Counted from the stretch's first letter, positions 51,902 to 64,000 are shown. The stretch: 64,000 bases of DNA from Octopus vulgaris (GCA_951406725.2 OX597816.1:10850001-10914000), one strand, 5' to 3'. Made by a program: numbers and translations. The notes: a model not told the origin generated them from the sequence alone.

Positions 51902-52070
51902 ATGAACCCGGAGTTTCTACCCTTGACAGGTCACTTCAACCGTGTTTCTGACGTCAATTTGCTACCCAGGTTTTGGTTAAACGAATTTTCCATGCTGACA
52001 ATAAACATAGGATAATTCATTCACCTACTTATATATATATGTGTGTGTGTGCGTGTGTGTGTGTGTGCGT

Positions 52071-52165
52071 TTGCGGCTGAAGAGAGCTTTAAACCATCTT
52101 TAATATCAATAATACACTGATGTAATAACAGATTGTTTATAAAGCTTGAAACACGTGTACCGCGA
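52071..52165 (+). ncRNA. Type I hammerhead ribozyme in a PLE-like 3' segment (to ~52272)
   Basis: ttgcgg-CTGAAGA-GAGCTTTA...TAAAGCTT-GAAA-cacgt-GTA-ccgcga; palindromic ACACGTGT. Confidence 0.8.
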
Positions 52166-52966
52166 TATCCTTTGTGTTCTGTTTTTAATTTATATTTGAT
52201 ATATTCTCTCACCTCTGCCACTATCTGGCATATTCAGGTGCTTACACTTATCACTCTAATTTTACAGTACCTATATATGTGTATATGTATGTATGTATAC
52301 ATACACACACATACTTTTTGTATTCCATTATCGTTTTAAGGGACTGTATTACCCCCTTCAATGAAGGGAGAACACACCAACAAAGCTGCTGTAAGGCAGG
52401 AAAACAAAGTGTAGGACAAACTGTTTAAAAAACACAAAACCAACAACAATCCAGATATTTCAACTTACTTTTGATAAATGCCTTCAACTTAAGCCATTAA
52501 TGTAAAGAATAAAAATGGTTAAAGCTTTGCCTTTGTAGTTACATATAAAAAAAACTGGAAGATACCATTATTACATTTTATGCAAATTGCCATGTACTGA
52601 CCCAATATAGAGTAAATTAATGTGTTATATTTAAAGTATTATATCTAAAATCAGTTTGTTATACAATAGAGGTGTACAGGTTCAAATTTCAAGAAGACAA
52701 ATTTCAGGTATGATATAAATTATCCACTTTATAAATTATATTATATAATTTATAATGCAGATAATAATGTGAATAATGAATTATTCACATAATATAAATT
52801 ATCCAATGGATAATTCATATTATGTGAACATGTGTATACTCAAAAATAATTCAATTTTGATCTGGCAACTTTTAAAAATTGAGATATTTCTAAATCGCTA
52901 TGCTCAACCTTTATAACAACAACAACAGCATGCAGTTCTATATTTAAGAGATGAGGAATTATGTAT

Positions 52967-53104
52967 CATTATTTACATTCGATGGATATTTATCCTCATC
53001 TTGTTTGTTGTTAACACAACGTTTTGGCTGGAGGGTATATCAGCCAAAACGTTGTGTAAACAACAAACAAGATGAAGACAAATATCCAGCAAATATAAAT
53101 AATG
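52967..53104. repeat. Fold-back palindrome with ~64-bp arms and a 10-nt loop
   Basis: ...acaacgttttggctg gagggtatat cagccaaaacgttgt... Confidence 0.9.
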
Positions 53105-53265
53105 TAAATAGCAGCATGCCTCTTCATTTCTTGAGTAAGCTGAGGGTCTTCCATTATTATTATTTTCTGAAACAAAGATTATACAAAGTTAGCAAAAAAT
53201 GCAGCAATGACCCAAAAATGTATGTCTTCATATACATTATGCATCCTGTATATATATATATATAT

Positions 53266-53500
53266 AATTGCAGTGTGGAAGGTGTTTATAAGCCATTTTA
53301 AGAAACACACGGAATTTTGTCCATGAACAGGTCGTTTTCTCAAAGTGACGAAAATATTTTGACAAATTAAATTTAAATGTTGAAGTGAATCTAACGGTTT
53401 TTGTGTTTCTTAAATGGCTTATAAACACCTTCCACGCTGCAATTGTTTTCGTTCCAGCACACGATCTCAGATCAAGTCACTTACTATGCAAGTACATCTC
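53266..53500 (+). repeat. Fold-back element, same family as 29131-29430
   Basis: 53266-53309 is the reverse complement of 53402-53444. Confidence 0.85.
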
Positions 53501-53834
53501 AGTAATATATATATATATATATTATATTTCTGTGTGTGTGACAAGCTTTCACTCAATATCCATCTATCAAATTTACTAACATGGTATTGGTCACCCAGGA
53601 GACACTTCCCCTAGGTGCAATGCACTAGGACTGAACTCCAAACTACATGGTTGCAAAGTGAGCTCCTTAGCCACACAGCCATTCCTGTACTTATGAAACG
53701 GACGAAGAGGGATAAATTTTAATGACTAAAATGTAAAAAATTTTACTTAGTTACTTAAAATGTTAATTGTAATAAAGAATATAAATATATTGGTTTCTAA
53801 TTTTGGCACAATGCCAGCAATTTGGGGGAAGAAG

Positions 53835-53839
<5 letters not shown>

Positions 53840-53865
<26 letters not shown>

Positions 53866-54180
53866 TTGTCGTCGTCGTTTGACTTCCACTTTCCATGCTG
53901 GCATGGGTTGGATGGTTTAACTGAGGACTGGCAAACCAAGAGGCTGCACCAGGCTCCAACCTGACCTGGCAAGGTTTCTACAGCTGGATGCCCTTCCTAA
54001 CGCCAACCACTCCAAGAGAGTGGCACGGGGTACAGTCAGGTGGCACTGACATTGATCACACTCAAATGCTGCTCTTTATGTGCCACCGGTATGGGTGCTA
54101 GTCAGGTGGCACTGTCATTGGTCATGCTCAAATGGTGCTTTTTACGTGCCAATCAGGTGGCATCAGTCACACTCAAATAG
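53840..54180 (-). mobile_element. SINE-like family C
   Basis: ttctacagctggatgcccttcctaacgccaaccactcc. Confidence 0.8.
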
Positions 54181-54350
54181 TACATCAATTGCATCAACCC
54201 CCCAGAACTCATCTGGCCCTTATTTTATCAACCCTAAATAGATGAAAGGCAATTTGAACTCAGAAAGTAAACACCAATAAAATGCTGCTAAGTATTTCAC
54301 CCATGTGTTAATGATTCTGCCAGATCACCACCTGAACAGAATGCAAAGAT

Positions 54351-55330
54351 ACTCTTTACTCTTTCACTTGTTTCAGTCATTTGACTGTGGCCATGCTGGA
54401 GCACCGCCTTTAGTCGAGCAAATCAACCCCAGGACTTATTCTTTGTAAACCTAGTACTTATTCTATCGGTCTCTTTTGCTGAACCACTAAGTTATGGGGA
54501 CGCAAACACACCAGCATCAGTTGTCAAGTGATGTTGGGGGACACACACAGACAGACATGTATATATATATATGTATAAATTCCTCTTCCGGACAATTTTT
54601 ACTTAAAAAAGGCAGCCCCATACATTTGCTCTCTCATTCATTCATCTAGCACCCGAGCGCACCATCATGTATTCGACTATAATCAACCATCGTGTATTCG
54701 CGGTGCACCCGCCCTGCCCACCCCCACCACCAATACCGGATATCTCTATATTTTTGCTCCATCTATACCGGATGTCGCTTCTCCCACCACCATTATAGGT
54801 GTCTACTCTTCGAACCCCTCTTCAATACGCTATTTCACCATGCATTACCCCTCTCTTGATATCCTACGTTCTACTTGCCTATAACCTGTCATCATTTCTC
54901 TTAACCACCCCTCCCCACTGGTGCTCCCCTATATTTCTGCCCCCCCCCCACAAAAAAAAAGCACCATCCGAACGTGGCCGATGCCAGACCCCTCTAGCAC
55001 CTGTGCAGGTGGCACGTAAAAAACACCCACTACACTCGCGGAGTGGTTGGCGTTAGGAAGGGCATCCAGCTATAGAAACACTGCCAGACTAGACTGGAGC
55101 CTGGGGCAGTCCCTAGCTCCCCAGACCCCGGTCGAAACCGTCCAACCCGTGCTAGCGCGGAAAACGGACGTTAAACGATGATGATGATGATGATGATGAT
55201 ACAAGGCTTTGGTCGGCCTGAGGCTATAGTAGAAGATACTTACCCAAAGTGCCATGCAGTGGGTCTGAACCCGGAACCATGTGGTTTATAAGCAAGCTAC
55301 TTACCACATAGCCACTCCTGCACCACTTAC
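54351..55330 (-). mobile_element. SINE-A split by an unknown C-rich segment (54578-54950) and a SINE-C (54958-55200, +)
   Basis: A tail at 54351-54575 and A head at 55201-55330. Confidence 0.8.
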
Positions 55331-56654
55331 CATACAGCCATTCCTGCGCCAAGATATTGAGAAATTCTAATAATATTACAAACATTTGGTAGAATTATTA
55401 GAATCTTAGCTAATATCTAAAGTCAAAAACTTTTGCTCATCTATTTAAATATTAAACAAGGATGTTGAATTAGAGAGATTTTAGGGGGAAAAAAGTTACT
55501 TCACAGAGAACTGCAAAATATCAAATAATAATAATAACAATAACAATAACAATAATGACAATGACGATGACGATGATGATGATGATAACAATAATGTGTT
55601 ACTAACTGAAATACATTTGATGATAAGACGAAGGTAGTTGTGAAATTTTGAAGTCAAAATATAGTGATTATAATAAAGACGTATCATTATTATTATTATC
55701 ATTATGGCTAATAACAATCAAGTTATTACTGCTAATTACAAAAGGAAGGAGTTAACCGTCAAAGTACATCTAAGCAGGGGTGTAATTTATTAGCATCACT
55801 AATTTTCATTTCAAGTAGTGGTTTATTATTAGTCAGAAACAAGAAGCAAGATTTAAAAGGACAAAGATGCTTAATTAGATTTTCATTTATAGCTAAACTG
55901 CATTAACAAAAGTGTGTGTGGGGTGGGGAGTGGGGGTGGGGGACACAGAAATTATAATGGTTTGCTTTGTTTTTTTCTGTTGTGATATTAATGAAAAAAT
56001 TTGAAATTTAATAGCAAAACAATACGATTTGTTTGGTTTAGGCAGACCAAAACAGGGGGGGGGGGGGGTGTTATTTATTATTATTTTTTTTTTAAGCTAT
56101 AAAATGGGAACTTTTATGATTTTCATTTAATCATGCATTTTAACAAAATTATTACAATGTTAACTTGTTCCAACTGTTTTGATCTTCTCTCCCTCTCTCT
56201 CACACTCACACACATACTCTCTTTCTTTCACTTTTCTTTCTTTCTCTTCTTAGATGTTAACATCTCTTATGCTTCTCTCTGCCGAAGTTTCTTCTCCACT
56301 TTTTTTTCTCTCCCCAGATATTGTCATTTTCTTTTTCTCACTCTATTTATCTCCCTGTAATTTTCATCATACTTTCTCTCTCTCTTTCTTTCTCTCTCTT
56401 TATCTATTGCTCACTTTCACTCTCTACCATTCTTTTTTCTCTCTCTCTACTTTTCTCTCTCTTTCTCCTCTATTTCTTTCACTCTATCACTCCCTCTCTT
56501 TCTCTCTCTCTCTCCCCCTCTTTGTCTTCTTTGCTTATAATTTTCATCACATACATAGAGACGCAAACTATTTCTCTCTTTCTTTCACTCTATCTCACTC
56601 CCTCACATCCTCTTTCTCGCTCTTTCACTTTCATTGACTGACTGTCATCACACT

Positions 56655-56774
56655 TTTGATCTCTTTTAGCTGAACCACAAAATGACGGGGACATAAACAC
56701 ACCAACATCGGTTGTCAAGCAATGGTGGGAGTACAAACACAGTCACAAATAATAAATACACACACACATATTTA

Positions 56775-56822
<48 letters not shown>

Positions 56823-57005
56823 CATATATACATATATATATCGATGGGCTTCTTTCAATTTCCGTCTACCAAATCCACTCACAAGGCTTTGGTTGGCCCG
56901 AGGCCATAGTAGAAGACACTTGTCCCAGGTTCCACACAGTGAGACTGAACCTGGAACCTCGTGGTTCGTAAGCAAGCTATTTACCACACTACCATTCCAG
57001 TGCCT
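56655..57005 (-). mobile_element. SINE family A (partial)
   Basis: Homology to family A. Confidence 0.8.
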
Positions 57006-57030
57006 ATATAATATATATACATATGTGTAC

Positions 57031-57247
57031 AAGGTGGTGAGCTGGCAGAAATGTTGGCACGCTGGGTGAAATGCTTAGTGGTATTTTGTCTGTATTGACA
57101 TTCTGAGTTAAAATTCTGCCGAGGTCAGCTTTGCCTTTCATCCTTTTGGGGTTGATAAATTAAGTACCAGTTGTATACTGGAGTCGATCTAATCGACTGG
57201 TCCCATCCCCCCAAATTTTGGGCCTTGTACCTAGAGTACAAAAGAAT
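57031..57247 (+). mobile_element. SINE family B
   Basis: Homology to family B. Confidence 0.85.
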
Positions 57248-57257
57248 ATATCATATG

Positions 57258-57296
<39 letters not shown>

Positions 57297-57299
<3 letters not shown>

Positions 57300-57704
57300 T
57301 CTTTTACTCTTTTACTTGTTTCAATCATGTGACTGTGGTCATGCTGGAGCACCACCTTTAGTTGAGAAATCGACTCCAGGACTTATTCTTTGTAATCATT
57401 GTACTTATTCTATCCATCTCTTTTGCTGAAGCGCTAAGTTATGGAGATGTAAACACACTAGCATCAGTTGTCAAGCGATATTGGGGGGACAAACACAGAC
57501 ACACAAACATATACACACACATGCACATATATATACATTTATACGACGGGCTTCTTTCAGTTTCCGTCTACCATCCACTCACAAGGCTTTGGTCGGCCTG
57601 AGGCTAAAGTAGAAGACACTTGCCCAAGGTGTCACGCAGTGGGACTGAACCTGGAACCATGTGGTTCGTAAGCAAGCTACTTACCACACAGCCACTCCTG
57701 TGCC
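57297..57704 (-). mobile_element. SINE family A
   Basis: Homology to family A. Confidence 0.9.
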
Positions 57705-58164
57705 TATATATATATATGTATGTATATGTATGTATATTTGAATGTGTGGGTCTTAGAGTTTTGTGCTTGTCCCTCACCATCATTTGAGGACCAGTGTTGG
57801 TTTGAATATAACCCCATAATTTAACAGTTAGGCAAAGGGAACTAAAACAAAACAAAACAAAAACCACAATGAAAACCCCTGAAAAGTGATAGAATAAATG
57901 CTAGGCTTAAAAATAATTATTAATCTCAAAGTGGAAGACTTGTTGAATTGAAAAAGATGGCCGTAGTTGTTGGAAAAATGAAGAATCTTGGGTGTTTCTT
58001 GAGCTCAGTTGCTGGACATTGAGGCTTTAGCACATGAATGTCCAGATAAGCAATATTTTCGAGATATTGTAAGTGATTGAGAGAGAACATTCATCTGGTT
58101 GTATGTCTCTGGACAGACTCCAGAAATTCAACTTCAAATTTTATGAATGCTAACCATGTTAGTC

Positions 58165-58346
58165 ACAGGAGTGGCTGTGTGGTAAGTAGCTTGCTTACCA
58201 ACCACATGGTTCTGGGTTCAGTTCCATTGTGTGGCACCTTGGGCAAGTGTCTTCTACTATAGCCTCGGGCCGACCAAAGCCTTGTGAGTAGATTTGGTAG
58301 ACAGAAACTGAAAGAAGCCTGTTGTATATATATGTGTGTGTGTGCT

Positions 58347-58415
<69 letters not shown>

Positions 58416-58603
58416 TCGCCATGATAGATCGGTAGCCATTACATACATATTTTTTCTCTCCTTGTTTTTTTTCTGTGTATCTTTCTGTAGAAGAGTGTAG
58501 GCTCAAAACGTAAAAGACTTTTTCTATTCCTGAGCATTATACTAATACATCTGTTTGCTTCATACACCACCTGTCTTTGTCTTTTGTTTTTTTTCATGAA
58601 CTC

Positions 58604-58643
<40 letters not shown>

Positions 58644-58860
58644 CACATGTGTGTGTTTGTGTGTCTGTGTTTGTCCCCCAACATTGCTTGATAACTGAAA
58701 CTGGTGTGTTTACAACCCTGTAACTTAGCAGTTCAGTAAAAAGAGAACAATAAAATAAGTACTACAAAGAATAAGTCCTGGGGAGGGTGTTGATTTGCTT
58801 GACTAACAGCGGTGCTCCAGCATGGCTGTGATTCAAATGCCTGAAACAAATCAAAAAAGA
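58165..58860 (+). mobile_element. SINE-A with a PLE-like segment (58414-58608) inserted in its central microsatellite
   Basis: A head and tail intact; the insert is homologous to the reverse complement of 25915-26075. Confidence 0.8.
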
Positions 58861-59179
58861 ATGGTAATAAAAATAAAAACAAAATTTTAAAAACAGTCCC
58901 AAATGACCAATCAACAGGACTCGTGTTTATTAGTGATCTGTGCAATGTCCTGAATCTCCATAGATACAAAGCTATCAATGTTTTCTTTCCATTTCATGGC
59001 TTTGTGTCGTTTACCTGAAGGAAGCAGAGAACGGAGAAGAAAAACACTTGAAGCTCGTTGCAAAGGAAAACGATTAACTCAAAATATTAAATTCTTTGTT
59101 CAGTTTCGCGTCTATTCGAATGCGTCCATGTGTCTGCGTAAATATGCATGCATGTGCATAGTTGTGTGTGTATGCGCAT

Positions 59180-60085
59180 AAGTGTTTATTTGTATATGTG
59201 TGTGTATGTATGTGTATATGAGTGTGCACTTATGTGCATATTTGTGTGTGTATGCTCATATATGCTTATTTGTATATGTGTTGTATGTATGTGTGTATGA
59301 ATGTGTACATATGTGCATATTTTGTGTGTGTATGTGCGTAAGTGTTTATTTGTATGTGTTGTATATATGTGTGTATGAATGTGCATGTATGTGCATATTT
59401 GTGTGTGTGTGTATGCGTGTTTATTTGTATATGTGTTGTATATATGTGTGTATGAATGTGTGTGTATGTGTTTGTATATATGTTGTATATATGTATATTT
59501 ATATGTGTTATATATATGTGTAAGAATGTGTATGAATGTGTTATATATATATGTGTATGAATGTGTGTATATGTGTTTGTATACATGTTGTATATATGTA
59601 TACTTGTATGTGTTATATATATGTGTATGAATGTCTGTGTATGTGTTTGTATATATGTTGTATATATGTATATTTGTATGTGTTGTATATATGTGTACGA
59701 ATGTGTGTGTATATGTTTGTATATGTGTTGTATATATATATATATATTTGTATGTGTTATATATATGTGTATGAATGTGTGTATGTGTTTGTATATATGT
59801 TGTACATATGTATATTTGTATGTATTATATATATGTGTATGAATGTGTGTGTATGTGTTTCTATACGTGTTGTATATATATGTATATTTATATGTGTTAT
59901 ATATATATGTGTATGAATGTGTGTGTATGTGTTTCTATACGTGTTGTATATATATGTATATTTGTATGTGTTGTATATATGTGTATGAATGCGTGTGTAT
60001 GTGTTATATATATGTGTATGAATGTGTGTGTATGTGTTGTATATATGTGTATGAATGTGTGTATATGTGTGTGTGCGCGTGTGTT
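59180..60085. repeat. Degenerate (TG/TA)n with ~58-bp higher-order unit
   Basis: gtgtatgaatgtgtgtgtatgtgtttgtatatatgttgtatatatgtatattt repeated. Confidence 0.9.
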
Positions 60086-60389
60086 TTAACTTTGGTCTCT
60101 TTACTTTGTCATAACAATTTCGTTGAAAGTTAATTATAACAATTCAATTTTTTGGTCTTATTTTCCTCTAATCTAAATGTTGTTGTTCTTGACATTCTGG
60201 TATTGTTTATTGTTAATTATTATTGTAGTTGTAGTAGTAGTAGTAGTAGTAGTTGTTACTGTTGTCCTTATGTTACATGTTGAATTACAAGTAATGTTTA
60301 GATGTATATATAAATGTAGTACATTTATATATGCGTATGTGTGTGTGTATATATATATATGATGATGATGATGATGATATATATATTTA

Positions 60390-60546
60390 ATGTATTGGAT
60401 AAATGAATTATCTTGTTACGGATTATTCAAAATTTAACCGATACCTGTGTAGCAAAAATCACACCAGAAAAGGCACGGTTGAGGTTACGACCATGGGGTT
60501 TCGCCCCCGTGCTTCAGCGCGGATAATTGAAGTTTCATCCCTTCAC

Positions 60547-60549
<3 letters not shown>
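60390..60549 (+). mobile_element. Isolated copy of the PLE-associated 5' motif
   Basis: Homologous to 24268-24420. Confidence 0.75.
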
Positions 60550-60587
<38 letters not shown>

Positions 60588-60590
<3 letters not shown>

Positions 60591-60912
60591 CATTGTTTAA
60601 CGTCCGCTTTCCATGCTGGCATGGTTTGGCCGATTTGACTGAGGACTGGCAAACCAGATGGAAGCACCAGGCAGAGTTTCTACAGCTGGATGCCCTTCTT
60701 AACGCCAACCACTCCAAGAGTGTAGTGGGTGCTTTTATGTTCCACCTGCACAAGAGTCAGTCAGGAGGTACTGGTACAGGCCACGCTCAAATGGTGTTTT
60801 TTATGTGTGTCACATGCACAGGAGCCAGTCCAGTGGCACTGGCAATGACCTCACTTGAGTGTGTTTTCATGTGCCACCGGCATTTTTACGTACCACTGGC
60901 ATGGAAGCTGGT
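60588..60912 (-). mobile_element. SINE-like family C
   Basis: Homology to family C. Confidence 0.8.
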
Positions 60913-61013
<101 letters not shown>

Positions 61014-61144
61014 CTTATATTGTATAAAAGGCATTATTACACATAAATGCCTCACGCTAAGAGGGACATAAGTCATTACTACCAAAATTTAACTAATCAC
61101 ACCTAATGCAGTTCTCAAAGCAAGACATTTAAAAAACTGAATTT

Positions 61145-61209
61145 AGTTCTATATCACCTGTGATTTCACAATTAACGCATCAAATACGTCTTTGTTCATC
61201 AGTAGAACC
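61145..61209 (-). ncRNA. Type I hammerhead ribozyme with intact core, in a PLE-like segment (~61020-61410)
   Basis: ggttcta-CTGATGA-ACAA...TTGT-GAAA-tcacaggtg-ATA-tagaact. Confidence 0.85.
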
Positions 61210-62096
61210 GATTCTGAACACATCATAAATAAACAACCAACATACCTAGCGAGGCCAAACAGACATCTGCTCCCCTCGGCGAAGCACATGGAAATGCTTA
61301 TTCATCATATATTCGGTAAATGGCAGGCTCTTTCGAACTGCATGTCGGTAGGAAAAGTTTTTCTTCGGAATAAATTTAACAATTAATTAACAATTAATTT
61401 AATTGTTAAATTTATATATATATATATATAATATATATATATATATATGATATATATATATGCTATATATATATGATATATATATATATATAATATATAT
61501 GTGTGTGTGTGTGTGTGTGTATGTACATACACACATATATATGCATATACATGTGTGTATATATATATATATATGTGTGTATAAGTATATATTTATATAT
61601 ATACATATATGAATATGATTATAAAAATACACATATATGTATATGTGTATGTGTGTATATATATATATACACACACACACATACTTTTCAATCTTTTCCC
61701 CAAAATTTGCAATGTTATTGTATTACATTAGTGTTTGAATTAATTGTCACTGCTGTTGCTGTATTATGTTCTGCGGCACAAGTACCATTTGATATGCCCC
61801 TCTCTCTCTCTCTCCTTCTGTATACATTCATACAGATATATGATGTGTGGGCATGTGTGTGTATATGCATCTATATGTATTTATATAATATTGATATGTA
61901 TGTGTGCATGCATATATATATATATATATATTTGTAAATGTGTATATTTAAATATATAATATATGTATAATATATATATATATTTGTAAATGTATATATT
62001 TTAATATATAATGTATGTATAATATATATCTATATCTATCCATCTTTGTATGTATGTATCTATCTATCTATATATATATCTTTCTATCTAACTATC

Positions 62097-62138
<42 letters not shown>

Positions 62139-62369
62139 AAATCATCTATATTTATATATGTACAGTAATACATACATATATATGTGTATATTTACACACA
62201 CACACACATATATACACGCACATATATATACACAGACACATATATACATGCACATAACTTCGTCATTTCATTTTTGTCTTTCTTGAATAAATATCCCTTA
62301 AGTCAAATAGGAAAGTAAATTGTTATTTACTTCAGCCTTCTTGAAATTTTATATATCATCCTACAACGG

Positions 62370-62836
62370 AAACAACAACAACAACAACATCATGAACAAC
62401 AACAACAACAACAACAATAACAACACACCCTCCACCTCCATGACGACGATCAACACCACCACCACCACCACCACTGCCGCCACTACAATAAAACATTTTT
62501 ATATTTTAAGGTTTATTTTATAAATTGCAAATTGATTATCAATACCGCGCCAAACAACAACAACAACAACATCAACAGCAACAACAACAACAAAAACAAC
62601 AAAAACAACAGCAGCAACTACAACAACAACAAAAAACAACAACAACAGCAAAAATAACAGCAGCAACAACAACAAAAACAACAAAAACAAAAAGAACAAC
62701 AGTATCATCATCATCATCAACAACAACAAAAACAACAACAACAGCAGCATCAACAACAACAACAAAAATAACAGCAGCAACAACAACAGCAGCAGCAGCA
62801 ACAACAACAACAACAACAACAAAAAACAACAACAAA

Positions 62837-62868
<32 letters not shown>

Positions 62869-62870
62869 TG
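62370..62870. repeat. (CAA/CAG/CAT)n trinucleotide tracts
   Basis: Direct inspection. Confidence 0.95.
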
Positions 62871-63294
62871 AGTCCCTCGTGTCTATATATATATATATGT
62901 ATGTACACATGTTGCAAGAAAGTGATAAGTTTAAACATTGTTTTTTTCTTTATATTTTTCCTGCTTTTGGACGACGTAAGTATAGTTTGGAGGCATCGGT
63001 TGTGTCTCTTTCTCAGTCATATAAATTTAAGCGCCTAAGTCAATTTATTTAAGAGGAAGCATAAAGAAAAGTATTCTTGGTGTTAAATTTCAGCCTCCTC
63101 TGTTCTTTTTTCTTTTTTTCTTTTCAACATATTTTTCTTTTCAATTAAAGCTACTACACGCCTTCTACGAAGAACTTTATTTTCCCCTCAGAAAAGAAAT
63201 GGGAAATATTTTGGTTAATCAATAATTGAAGTTATTATGAGGAAATGAAATTAAAACGACACTCAGAATTGTAATTATTTTATCCCCTATCCAG

Positions 63295-63334
<40 letters not shown>

Positions 63335-63350
63335 ACAGAAACATATAGAC

Positions 63351-63392
<42 letters not shown>

Positions 63393-63656
63393 CATACATA
63401 CATACATACATACACACATATATATATATACAAATGTGTATATATTATGTATATATATACTTATACATATATTTCTTATATATATATATTTCTCTAGTTT
63501 CTTCTTCTTTCTCATTCATAAATATTTGAAATACCAATATACACCAATGCAAAACTAAAGCATTTAGTTTTCTCTGAGCACTGGTATAAACCGGAGAACT
63601 AGGATGCAAATATTGCTTAAAGGATCATAGGCCCTTCACTTAAATATATATATGTG

Positions 63657-63707
<51 letters not shown>

Positions 63708-63770
63708 TTATATATATACATACATATATTTTCTGCTGTCCTTTTCTCATGGACTTTCCTCCATCTCCTG

Positions 63771-63803
63771 TTTCTGGTGAAGAGCTTTGCTCGAAATGTA
63801 AAA
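63771..63803 (+). ncRNA. Minimal hammerhead-like motif, variant core, in a (TA)n-flanked segment (~63730-63900)
   Basis: ttt-CTGGTGA-A-GAGC-ttt-GCTC-GAAA-tgTA-aaa. Confidence 0.45.
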
Positions 63804-64000
63804 GCTACCTTTCTTTTCTTCCCTAAGCATCTGTTAATACTTTGCATGTACTACGTCCTGTTTGTTTCTTGTTGTGTTTGTTCTTTGCTTTTTTAAATTA
63901 CTATATATATATATATATTTAGTTATATATGTATGTATATATATGTATATATATATCATCATCATCATCATCATTTATATATATATATATATGTGTGTGT

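Larger units (their letters stand above)
50945..52030 (-). mobile_element. Penelope-like element derivative lacking RT (5' motif + GIY-YIG endonuclease + 3' hammerhead), bounded by (TA)n
   Basis: Endonuclease frame, HHR, and both ends homologous to 24268-24718. Confidence 0.8.

Noticed and set aside
58006-58053. Hairpin CTGGACATT...AATGTCCAG as pre-miRNA or SECIS
   Set aside because: Stem too short for a pre-miRNA and no AUGA/GA SECIS core
60480-60525. Minus-strand CTGAAG...CGAAACC-ccat-GGTC as a hammerhead
   Set aside because: A9, stem I and stem II are missing, and the pattern is not conserved in the 24283 homologue

Overview
Eukaryotic, AT-rich DNA saturated with microsatellites and transposons. 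The SINE families and (TA)n/(CA)n/(TAA)n/(CAT)n tracts resemble octopus (cephalopod) repeats; that assignment is inference from recall. No intact host gene is evident and almost all tracked ORFs are microsatellite artefacts. Supported content: dozens of copies from about five SINE-like families; fragments of RTE/BovB, CR1 and R4/Dong-type LINEs; a full-length degenerate mariner with 37-bp TIRs (49671-50940); a non-autonomous Helitron (35185-35585); and a Chapaev3-like remnant. The main hidden signal is a dispersed set of about 11 type I hammerhead-ribozyme (HHR) motifs, mostly in short Penelope-like (PLE) pieces beside (TA)n tracts. They include near-canonical cores (14746, 24576, 37622, 51004, 52071, 61145) and variant cores (G3-C8 swap; non-A at position 6). 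Several sit in fold-back palindromes. One ~1.08-kb unit (50945-52030, minus) joins a conserved structured 5' motif, an open GIY-YIG endonuclease frame with no RT, and a 3' HHR. Coordinates of degenerate repeats are approximate, and all alignments and folds were done by eye.
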